A stretch of 43,118 bases of DNA from a virus (Duplodnaviria; Heunggongvirae; Uroviricota; Caudoviricetes). A program made the translations under genes and the position numbers. Under the pieces are notes generated by a model. That model searched no databases. It was not told the DNA's origin and saw only the letters and a program-made list of their open reading frames with translations. The stretch lies in the IMG/VR virus record IMGVR_UViG_2541047857_000011; one strand, written 5' to 3'. Shown here piece by piece: positions 8,129 through 15,990 of the stretch (position 1 is its first letter; every line of letters starts with the position of its first letter).

Positions 8129-10576
8129 TTAACCGTCATGCATCATGCTGGCACGGGCGCGCGCACGTTTATCCCGCTCGTATTTTTCGAGCGCATCCTG
8201 TAACTGGCGGTCAAGCTGTGTCCCCGGCGCAGTACCACCCGTCAGGCTGATGTGATATTCGTTTTTACTCTGGTCCACATAAGAGCGGCCAGCCGGTGCC
8301 GTGACCGGCTGATAAGCTTGATAGCCTGCATAAGAGCTGGTCGCCGGAATATAACCACCGGTGCCATACGTGGCGGCATGAGTTCTGGCGGCGGTCTGGT
8401 CAAGTGTGTCTGACTCTTTGTTGATGACCCCGAGCTTTTCCAGTACCCAGTCAATGCCGCTGCGCAGTTTGTTGAACGCATTAAGCGGCAGCATCAGCGC
8501 GTCAGCCAGTGCCTGCCCGAACATGACGCCCGTGTCACGGCAACGGTTCAGGGTGTCCTGTGTGGCTTTGACCGGGGCAATCAGGTTTTTAAACCACTGC
8601 CACGCGGCCTGTAACTTTTCGCCCAGCCAGTCAAACACCGGCTTAAGTGGCGTGAACAGTTCCCCCACCGGCGCAAATGCCGCTTTCAGCCCTTCCACCA
8701 CACCGCCAAAGAATGCGCTGACAGGCTCCCAGTATTTACGGATAAGCAACGCACCGGCGACAATGGCGGCCACCACGGCCACAACCGGCCAGCTAATCGC
8801 CCCGATGGCCGTCATAACAGCACTGCCAACCGTCGTGAAGATTGCCCCCATTGCGCCTGCTGCCGCGATGATGGCATTGATGCCAGTGATAACCGGCCAG
8901 GCTACGAGGCCAATGGCACCGATGACAGCAGTCAGCGCCAGTGCACCACCGACAATGAGGCCGATGGTTGACGCCAGTGATTTGTTTTTCTGGATCCAGC
9001 CGTCGAGTTTTAACACATACTTTGTGGCCGTCTGCGTGAGCTTACGCAGTGCGCCTTCCTGCTGGTCAAACAGGTCAGTCCCCACCGCCTCATAAGCGGA
9101 CTGAAACTCCTTAAAGTCACCGCCGAGGTTGTCCTGCATGATATTTACCAGCTCGGCGGTCTTCCCGTCTGAGGCTTTAAACGCAGCGGTCAGTTTGTCC
9201 AGCTTTCCAGTTGAGGCGGCAGTCATCAGCACGGCGGCGGCTGAGCTGGCCTCCTCCCCGAAAATAGTTTTCATGTATTCAGCCTGCTGGGCAGTACCGA
9301 GCCGGTTTTTCTCAAAACTGGCCTGCATTTCTTTCAGAATGGTAAATACTGGTCGAGTATTCCCTTTACTGTCTGAGGTTTTCACGCCAAGCTCTTTCAG
9401 TGCATCCCATGCTTTTCCCGTCGGTGCCTGCAGGCGGCTTAACACGGCACGGCTTCCCGTCCCCGCCATTGAACCGGTAATTTTTGCATCATGCAGCGCC
9501 CCGACCATTGCGGCGGTTTCTTCAATGCTGACACCAGCATTTTTTGCCACAGGTGCGGCATAGGTCAGCGCATCGCTCATGCCATCAAAATCGGCGGCGG
9601 TTTTGTTCATCGTCATGGAGAGAACATCCCCGATATGAGCGACCTTATCGTTTGAAAGCTGAAAGGCGGATTTCATCCCCATCAGCAGGGCGGCGTTTTC
9701 TTCCATCGTGCGACGGTTCGCCAGCGCCATATTCAGCGTGACCGGCGTTGCCGCCTGAATGGCATCAACATCCCCACCGGCTTTCGCAATAATAATCTGC
9801 GCACCGGCTGCATCATCTGCCGAGGCTGCGGTATTGTCGCCGAGCTGGCGCGCCTGCTTGCGTAGTGCAGCCATTTCGGCGGAGTCTTTTGCCACACCGA
9901 GCACAGCCTGCAATTCTGAGTTTTTCTGCGCAAACTCATAACCGGGCATCAGCAACTTAACTCCGGCCATCGTTCCCGCAGCAGCAATCCCCACACCGGC
10001 AGCGCCCACTGAGGCCATATTTCCGGCCAGTTCCTTTCCGGCCTGATAACGCTGTTTTACTGCGTTAAGTTTTGCCTGTTGTGCACTGACACGCGCCAGC
10101 GCGTCACGCTGACGGTTAAGCTGTGCGGTGGTTTCACTGATACGGTTTTTCAGTCCCTGCTCATCATGTGCAAGATTGCGGGTATTAATTCCCACAGCGG
10201 CCAGTTCCCGCTGCTGGCGTTTAATGGAATCTGTCAGGCGGTTATATTTCGCCTGTAAGTCCTCCGCCGCACGCTTTGCGGATTCCAGCACTTTCGCCTG
10301 AGCACGGGTCGGACGTTCAGTGTTTTTAAACTGTGTGGCAAGGGCTTCGGCTTCCTGCCGTGCCTTTTCAAGTGCATGACCAGTCACGGCAAGCTGTGCG
10401 CTGGTCTTGCGAAATCCCTCAATACGGGATGCGTGACCGTTCAGCTCGCGCAGTGATTTTTGTGTTTCCCGGATATCCCCCGACAGCGACTTACTCGCTG
10501 TGCGGATGGATTTAAACGGGCGGGATGCCTGGTCAACAGCCCTGAGCAATACCTGTAATTTTACATTGTTACTCAT
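8129..10576 (-). CDS. T: Tail tape measure protein (P2 gpT-like)
   Basis: 815 aa, Ala/Gly-rich with coiled-coil N-terminus and hydrophobic middle segments; follows E/E'. Confidence 0.9.
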   Translation of the reverse strand: MSNNVKLQVLLRAVDQASRPFKSIRTASKSLSGDIRETQKSLRELNGHASRIEGFRKTSAQLAVTGHALEKARQEAEALATQFKNTERPTRAQAKVLESAKRAAEDLQAKYNRLTDSIKRQQRELAAVGINTRNLAHDEQGLKNRISETTAQLNRQRDALARVSAQQAKLNAVKQRYQAGKELAGNMASVGAAGVGIAAAGTMAGVKLLMPGYEFAQKNSELQAVLGVAKDSAEMAALRKQARQLGDNTAASADDAAGAQIIIAKAGGDVDAIQAATPVTLNMALANRRTMEENAALLMGMKSAFQLSNDKVAHIGDVLSMTMNKTAADFDGMSDALTYAAPVAKNAGVSIEETAAMVGALHDAKITGSMAGTGSRAVLSRLQAPTGKAWDALKELGVKTSDSKGNTRPVFTILKEMQASFEKNRLGTAQQAEYMKTIFGEEASSAAAVLMTAASTGKLDKLTAAFKASDGKTAELVNIMQDNLGGDFKEFQSAYEAVGTDLFDQQEGALRKLTQTATKYVLKLDGWIQKNKSLASTIGLIVGGALALTAVIGAIGLVAWPVITGINAIIAAAGAMGAIFTTVGSAVMTAIGAISWPVVAVVAAIVAGALLIRKYWEPVSAFFGGVVEGLKAAFAPVGELFTPLKPVFDWLGEKLQAAWQWFKNLIAPVKATQDTLNRCRDTGVMFGQALADALMLPLNAFNKLRSGIDWVLEKLGVINKESDTLDQTAARTHAATYGTGGYIPATSSYAGYQAYQPVTAPAGRSYVDQSKNEYHISLTGGTAPGTQLDRQLQDALEKYERDKRARARASMMHDG

Positions 10577-10720
10577 TCGTGTTTCCGCTTCGCCGGAGCG
10601 CCTTTTCGCGCCATGTGATGAGTTCGATCAGGCTCATGGGATACAGTTCTGATGGCGGCCAGTGAAATATCACTGCCACATCCGCCATCAGGTCATCGAC
10701 CGAGAGATTTTTCGGGAACG

Positions 10721-10996
10721 TTACTGCACCGAGTTCGGCGACAAAAAACCGACCACCTTACCGGCCAGCGCCACAAGGTCAGGCAGTTCCAGCGCGGCGA
10801 CTTCCTGCTCGGTCAGCATCGGTGCCGTCATGCGCGGCAGCACCTTAATCAGTGCATCGACTTCGGAGTTCGCGACCGCAGCCAGACTGACACCGCGCAG
10901 CGTCCCGGCATTAGGTTTCATCAGCGTGACCTGTTCGATAACCTGCTCACCACGCTTGACCGGATTGTCCAGGGTAATCACATTTTCTTTGTTCAT
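10721..10996 (-). CDS. E: Tail assembly chaperone gpE (E' made by -1 frameshift)
   Basis: 91 aa, position between FII and T; slippery heptamer near its 3' end. Confidence 0.85.
   Translation of the reverse strand: MNKENVITLDNPVKRGEQVIEQVTLMKPNAGTLRGVSLAAVANSEVDALIKVLPRMTAPMLTEQEVAALELPDLVALAGKVVGFLSPNSVQ
10742..10748 (-). other. Programmed -1 ribosomal frameshift site (TTTTTTG) for the E+E' fusion
   Basis: Minus-strand GGT TTT TTG within the last codons of E, the canonical slippery heptamer position for the P2 E/E' and lambda G/GT tail chaperones. Confidence 0.7.
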
Positions 10997-11052
10997 GGTT
11001 TTCTCACTTCTGAATCGGGGTTAACCGGTCAGCCAGGCTGACCGGATGAAAA

Positions 11053-11571
11053 TCACAGGCCGATATTGCGGCGGTGTTGCTCCAGCCGGTCGACGCCGTT
11101 CACCTTCTCAATCATGTTGATGGTGTCGATTTCGACCAGCTCCTTACCGTCCATCGTCAGCCGGAAATAGGTGCAGACCACGGAGATTTTCGACTCGGTG
11201 TCTTCTCCCTGTTTGCCCTCGCCGGTGTCGATTTCTTTCTGACGTCCACGCATGACCACCTCGACGGCCACCGTTTCGCCGGTATCGTCGCGCTGGTAAG
11301 AGCCTGCAAAACGAATCGGTACGGAATCCACACCGGTTGCGGCGTAAAGCTCCCAGATAACCGAATCCGGGAAGCCACCGAGCGACCACTCCATTGACAG
11401 CGCATCGTCATCAAGGCCGAGGTCTACCGGTGCGCTGCCGTTCATCCCCGCACCGCGATAGTTTTCGAGCTTACGGGTCAGTTTTGGTAGCGTGACGGAC
11501 TTCGCGACGCCCTGATAGCTGTAGCCGTTCAGAAAGACGTTCATTAACTTGAGTTTGCGCGGCATTGCCAT
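11053..11571 (-). CDS. FII: Tail tube protein (P2 gpFII-like)
   Basis: 172 aa, directly downstream of FI. Confidence 0.85.
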   Translation of the reverse strand: MAMPRKLKLMNVFLNGYSYQGVAKSVTLPKLTRKLENYRGAGMNGSAPVDLGLDDDALSMEWSLGGFPDSVIWELYAATGVDSVPIRFAGSYQRDDTGETVAVEVVMRGRQKEIDTGEGKQGEDTESKISVVCTYFRLTMDGKELVEIDTINMIEKVNGVDRLEQHRRNIGL

Positions 11572-11583
11572 CGGTCAGGCTCC

Positions 11584-12774
11584 TTAATTGCTGTTAACCG
11601 AGGTGACCAGATTTGCCAGGTATTTATCGGTAATACGCTGGCGCAGGGTCAGGTTTTCAAGAGGAGGCACCGGTGTATAGTCGTAGTCGATATACAGTTT
11701 TCCGGCCTTGAGGGTTTCCGCATCGTTGGATTCTTCGCTGAACCAGCAGGTCGCATCCACGATATAGCCGTTTGTTTTCAGCTCACGGAATTTGGCATTG
11801 ATGCCGTCAACGATGTCGCGAATCAGCGTTGCGGTGATGGGCTTGTCCACCGCCCACATGTGCGCCTCAGCCATCGTGTCGGCCATCACCTGCGCGGTGC
11901 GGGTGTAGTTTTCAAAGAGGAACAGCGGGTCATCAGAGCAGGTACGGTTACCCCAGAATCGGAAACCGTCGCGGCGAATCAGCGTAGTGACGCCTGACTC
12001 GTTAAGCAGGTCAGCATCGGTGCCGGACTCCTGCAAATCCCAGAATACAGATGCGCTGATGCCGGTAACACCGTTTACCCCGACGTTGGACAGCGTTTTA
12101 TGCCAGCCCTGCTCCTGGTCGATTTTAGCGCGCAGACCCAGCGCACGGGCGGTGGCATACGCGGTGGCGGTGGTACTGGTGACCGTATCCCATGCGAGGA
12201 AATCCGGCCAGATGACCATCAGCTCACGCTGGCTGAAATTCTGGCGGTAGGCTTTCACCTCGGAAATGGTCTTACAGCCCCATGCGCTGATATATCCGAA
12301 AGCGCGCAGCTTCTGACAGACGGATGCCAGTGCAACAGCCACCTCTTTGGTATCCAGTCCCGGCACACCGAGAATACGCGGTTTAACACCGGTTACCGAC
12401 TCCGCCGCCAGCAGGGCTTTTAGTCCGGTGTACTGACCGTTTTCGTCGGTGGTGCCGATGATATTGGAAACGGTCTGCGCGAGTTTCGTTTCCTCGTCAT
12501 CACCGGTGCCGTCTTCCACGCGCACGACAACGGTGACCGGTTTTGACTGGTCAGCGATGGCCTGCAACGATGCCGCCAGCGTGCCTTTTTTACCGGCCTT
12601 TGCAATTGCGCTTTGCACATTGGTAATCAGCACCGGTTTATTGAGGGGGAAGGTTTCCGCATCCGCATCGCTGGCCGTGCAGACCATGCCGACAATGGCA
12701 GTGGATACGGTGGAAATGACGCGGGTGCCGTCGTTAATCTCCAGCACCTGCACGCCATGATGATAGTCACTCAT
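11584..12774 (-). CDS. FI: Contractile tail sheath protein (P2 gpFI-like)
   Basis: 396 aa, same size as P2 FI; first gene of the FI-FII-E-T-U-D operon. Confidence 0.9.
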   Translation of the reverse strand: MSDYHHGVQVLEINDGTRVISTVSTAIVGMVCTASDADAETFPLNKPVLITNVQSAIAKAGKKGTLAASLQAIADQSKPVTVVVRVEDGTGDDEETKLAQTVSNIIGTTDENGQYTGLKALLAAESVTGVKPRILGVPGLDTKEVAVALASVCQKLRAFGYISAWGCKTISEVKAYRQNFSQRELMVIWPDFLAWDTVTSTTATAYATARALGLRAKIDQEQGWHKTLSNVGVNGVTGISASVFWDLQESGTDADLLNESGVTTLIRRDGFRFWGNRTCSDDPLFLFENYTRTAQVMADTMAEAHMWAVDKPITATLIRDIVDGINAKFRELKTNGYIVDATCWFSEESNDAETLKAGKLYIDYDYTPVPPLENLTLRQRITDKYLANLVTSVNSN

Positions 12775-12860
12775 CCGTTTAACTCCGTGGTTAATGGGTG
12801 CAACTATTTTCTGTTGTGCAGAGCATAAGACGCTATTTGACCTGGCTGGTCAGTGGATGA

Positions 12861-12898
12861 AACAACAGATAAAGAAAAGGCGGGCAATTCGCCCGCCT
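12861..12898 (-). terminator. Rho-independent terminator between the cargo cassette and the FI late promoter region
   Basis: Hairpin AGGCGGGC-AATTC-GCCCGCCT followed on the minus strand by TTTCTTTATCTGTTGTT. Confidence 0.55.
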
Positions 12899-12953
12899 GT
12901 CCTGATTTGTACTCACTCATTTTCCGCCTGACAATTTACATAGCCCAAATGCT

Positions 12954-12977
12954 ATCAAATCTGACAGTCTGCTTTGA
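12954..12977 (+). repeat. Cassette-flanking site A (core CTGACAGTCTG)
   Basis: ATCAAATCTGACAGTCTGCTTTGA; about 21/23 identical to site B in direct orientation; 16-bp exact inverted match to site C (12958-12973 vs 15392-15407). Confidence 0.7.
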
Positions 12978-13104
12978 GCGAAAAGTGGACATTAGAGTTA
13001 CAAAAGCAAGTTTAAATCATCCAAAATATTACAATGTCCTTATCTATCTGATATCGTTATGATAAAAAGCTCCTGAATATAATCGATAGTAGGTGGTTAT
13101 TTCC

Positions 13105-13482
13105 ATGAAATCAATTTTAGAGGTTTTTACTCAAGGAAATACTAAAGAAAAACTGGCTGTTATCGCCGATCTCACAACCATTGCGGGAATATCGATTGCA
13201 ACTATTATTGCTGGTTTGTTAACCCTAGTTGCAAAAACAGATAAACTAGATGTTGGAAATCTGTTTGGAGTTGTCATAATATCTCTGCTCGGATTGGCTG
13301 GTGTTTGCTGTTTTGTGGCCTTATTTATTTGGGTTATAACCCAAATGTCTAAACCATGGGGAACACCTCGGGGGGTTCAGCCCTTAGTTAAGTGTGCTAT
13401 TTCCCTTATCTTTATCTGTATGTTTTTGCTGGCTGTCTTTACATTTTATGAGTTTATTTCTTCGATGAGCATACGCTATTGA
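13105..13482 (+). CDS. Small integral membrane protein, ~125 aa, three predicted TM helices (prophage cargo)
   Basis: AGGTGG 8 nt upstream of the ATG at 13105; TATAAT-like element upstream; three long hydrophobic segments; AT-rich; opposite strand to the flanking late genes. Confidence 0.65.
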   Translation: MKSILEVFTQGNTKEKLAVIADLTTIAGISIATIIAGLLTLVAKTDKLDVGNLFGVVIISLLGLAGVCCFVALFIWVITQMSKPWGTPRGVQPLVKCAISLIFICMFLLAVFTFYEFISSMSIRY

Positions 13483-13504
13483 ATATAAAATCAGCCCCCA
13501 TAAC

Positions 13505-14089
13505 TTAAAAGAGACCTTCTATATCGACTTCAATGCCCAAATAACGGACTGTGCTTTCCAGTTTCTTATGGCCCAACAGAAGTTGGATCCCCCGGAGACT
13601 CTTGGTTTTCTTGTAGATTAAGTAAGGTTTTGTTCTTCTCATGGAATGTGTGCTGTACAGCGAATCTTCGAGACCAAGCTTTTCTACCCACCCATGAAAA
13701 ATTCGGTTGTATTGCCGGGTTGATATATGGTGGTTAGTTCCGACCCGAGAGCGGAACAGGAAGCCTTTACTATGCCAGTTGCCGAGCTTTATCAATGCAG
13801 TAACCGCTTCCCTTGTCCCTTTGGTTATCTCAAATTGGACAGGGCTGCCGGTTTTCTGTTGCAACACCGTTGCTCTGCTTGAGACAGAACTGCCATATGC
13901 AGCATCTGATACTTTGAGTTTGACCAAATCACAGCCCCGTAGCTTAGTGTCCAAAGCCATGTTGAACAGAGCTAGATCGCGTGTTTTACCTTCCAACTCA
14001 AGTCTAATCCGGATCCCCCAGATATGAGATATCTGAAGTGGCCTTTTTTGACCGATGGTACGGTCTTTATTCCACGGTGACGTTTTCAT
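13505..14089 (-). CDS. Small tyrosine site-specific recombinase, ~194 aa (FimB/FimE-sized, catalytic core only)
   Basis: Start ATG 14087-14089 has AGGAGA 8 nt upstream. Catalytic signature present: R in TKLRGCDL, K in QQKTGSP, HSMRRT (H-x-x-R), LLGH, and Tyr in STVRYLG. No N-terminal arm-binding domain. Confidence 0.75.
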   Translation of the reverse strand: MKTSPWNKDRTIGQKRPLQISHIWGIRIRLELEGKTRDLALFNMALDTKLRGCDLVKLKVSDAAYGSSVSSRATVLQQKTGSPVQFEITKGTREAVTALIKLGNWHSKGFLFRSRVGTNHHISTRQYNRIFHGWVEKLGLEDSLYSTHSMRRTKPYLIYKKTKSLRGIQLLLGHKKLESTVRYLGIEVDIEGLF

Positions 14090-14195
14090 ATTCAAATCTC
14101 CTGCAATGTGGGAGATTTGAGTATGGTTGTCTCTCAAGAGCGAAAATAAGTCAACTATCACTAGTTGTTGCGCATGTACGTATTCTGTCAATTAA

Positions 14196-15038
14196 TTATT
14201 GACAATCATCAATTCTGGAATGATCAAAATCATCATATCGAATTATAGTCTGGTTGACTGTATCTATTGTTGGTGTCATTTCTGTTATAATATCCTGATA
14301 ACCTAAAGAGTTAAATACATTTACTAAGGCCTCACACCGAAGGGCCGTAGCAATTACAAAATTATAAATTGCCAGCCGTTTATTTTCTTGTTTAACTGCA
14401 AGAATGAATTCGATAGCAGTATTTTCATCACTTTGGATTGCATTATATAGAGATACTATATTTACCATATCATCAGAGAATGTATGTATTGAATCACAAA
14501 GAGGAACGTAATGGGCATGATAGTGTGTTTCCCAGCCAATTAATTCAAAAAGTTTTCTGGTTCCTGGATATTCAGGTGTATTTGGCCACAATCTATTAAA
14601 TAGATCAGTTAGTTCTTTTCCCATGCGAATCCTTTCATTTGCTGCTGGATTAGTCATTCCTTTGGATTTTAAACACTCCAGCCACCGTTTTCCATTACTA
14701 TGAACTAATTTCTTACTAGCCTTGAGTAATGCTTGTGCATTTTCGCCATCATCTATTGCTATATAAAATTGATTGGCAGCCTGTTCTATTATAACCCTAG
14801 CTAATACTTCCGATGCTGAAAAGGCTCCTATATTCAAAGAAGAGATAGCCTGATTACTAAGTTCATTCAGTACATTAAAGTACTGTAAGACCATCAATTT
14901 TTGTTCCACACCCTTTAGGTTGTCTATTTTATTTTTATGCTCCTCAAATTTTGCATGGATATATTTATTTATCGCGGCTATTTTTTTTACATCTTCGTCA
15001 AGATCAAACGGGCAACGTCCAAACAATTCTTTTTTCAT
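14196..15038 (-). CDS. Hypothetical protein, 280 aa, unknown function; co-oriented immediately upstream of the recombinase
   Basis: ATG at 15036-15038 with AGGAGA 6 nt upstream; AT-rich; no nucleotide-binding, RT or nuclease motif recognised. Confidence 0.65.
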   Translation of the reverse strand: MKKELFGRCPFDLDEDVKKIAAINKYIHAKFEEHKNKIDNLKGVEQKLMVLQYFNVLNELSNQAISSLNIGAFSASEVLARVIIEQAANQFYIAIDDGENAQALLKASKKLVHSNGKRWLECLKSKGMTNPAANERIRMGKELTDLFNRLWPNTPEYPGTRKLFELIGWETHYHAHYVPLCDSIHTFSDDMVNIVSLYNAIQSDENTAIEFILAVKQENKRLAIYNFVIATALRCEALVNVFNSLGYQDIITEMTPTIDTVNQTIIRYDDFDHSRIDDCQ

Positions 15039-15263
15039 ATATTTCTCCTGTTGTACAAGCTTCCATAAGTTGGCAGATTATACACTGAAGATTACCTATA
15101 AATAGCTGTGCGGGATAGCAGATCAGTGCAAGAAGTACAACCAAGTGAACTGTGCGTATTCAGATACCTGGCCTAACGTTCGCGATAGCCGTCCCCTGCA
15201 CGAAGCCATATATTAGATGTATTAGCTCAGACCTTATCTGACAGGTTGAGTAGGTAGAATCTA

Positions 15264-15287
15264 ATCAAAGCTGACAGTCTGGTTTGG
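15264..15287 (+). repeat. Cassette-flanking site B (core CTGACAGTCTG), direct repeat of site A
   Basis: ATCAAAGCTGACAGTCTGGTTTGG; a partial half-site ATCTGACAG also lies at 15236-15244. Confidence 0.7.
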
Positions 15288-15391
15288 ACTGTGAGTTCAA
15301 CCGATGGATGCAACACACAGCGATCTACGGACATTACTAGCATAGCTGTGTATTAATCATCGGGAAGCAGGTCAGTCCGCTCCTAGCACAG

Positions 15392-15407
15392 AGCAGACTG
15401 TCAGATT
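15392..15407 (-). repeat. Site C, inverted copy of the site A core
   Basis: Plus strand AGCAGACTGTCAGATT is the reverse complement of AATCTGACAGTCTGCT; lies ~100 bp beyond site B, just downstream of G. Confidence 0.7.
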
Positions 15408-15459
15408 AGGCTTTACTCTGTGCTATAGATACGTTAGCTCACTCCAGAGATCATACAAC

Positions 15460-15987
15460 TTATTGCGGCATTTCCGGCCATTCAGGATTTGCAGGATCCA
15501 CACGGCTGACCAGAACACTGTAGCGTTCCCATGCTTCCAGTCGGCTACGCTCATCATCTGTTGCCATATTCAGTCTGACAGAGCGTTCCAGTGGCTGAAT
15601 GATAGTTTCAGCTTCGGAAAGCAAAGCTGACTTCTGTAATTCCGCCAGTTGCAGCTGTTCGTCTGCCGTATAAATCCGCTTAATCACGGCACCATCCTTA
15701 AACATCCATTTACCTGAGTCATCAGCACGTCGGTTGGCGGTAATATCAGGAACCTCGACAACGCTAAAACCTTCAGGGTTGAGCGTTGAAGCATCTCTGG
15801 TGATGCCGACAATTATATTATTCTCATCGTAAACAATCTTTATCGTGTCTTCCTGAAAATTACTTACTTCCTCATACCAGTTTTTTCCCTCTTCGGACCA
15901 TAACCAGATAACATCAAAATTTTTTGTCAGTTGATATTGGGCAACAGTTTTTGGATTACCCGCAGTAATATTTTTTAAATGCTGCAT
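15460..15987 (-). CDS. G: Tail fiber assembly chaperone (P2 gpG-like)
   Basis: 175 aa, same size as P2 G; immediately downstream of the tail fiber gene. Confidence 0.8.
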   Translation of the reverse strand: MQHLKNITAGNPKTVAQYQLTKNFDVIWLWSEEGKNWYEEVSNFQEDTIKIVYDENNIIVGITRDASTLNPEGFSVVEVPDITANRRADDSGKWMFKDGAVIKRIYTADEQLQLAELQKSALLSEAETIIQPLERSVRLNMATDDERSRLEAWERYSVLVSRVDPANPEWPEMPQ

Positions 15988-15990
15988 AAA

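Noticed and set aside
8406-9563. Plus-strand ORFs of 229 and 144 aa inside the tape measure gene, and similar antisense ORFs inside other structural genes
   Set aside because: Shadow ORFs typical of GC-rich phage structural genes; fully contained within well-supported minus-strand genes with conserved P2 synteny.
10652-11041. Plus-strand 129-aa and 120-aa ORFs overlapping gene E
   Set aside because: Antisense to E and the E' extension; Arg/His-rich low-complexity translation; no start context.
15039-15459. Possible retron-like or other structured ncRNA in the 420-bp gap between G and the 280-aa gene
   Set aside because: No reverse transcriptase (no YxDD-containing ORF) nearby, and the conspicuous repeats are better explained as recombinase sites B and C. 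A non-coding RNA cannot be excluded but is not supported.
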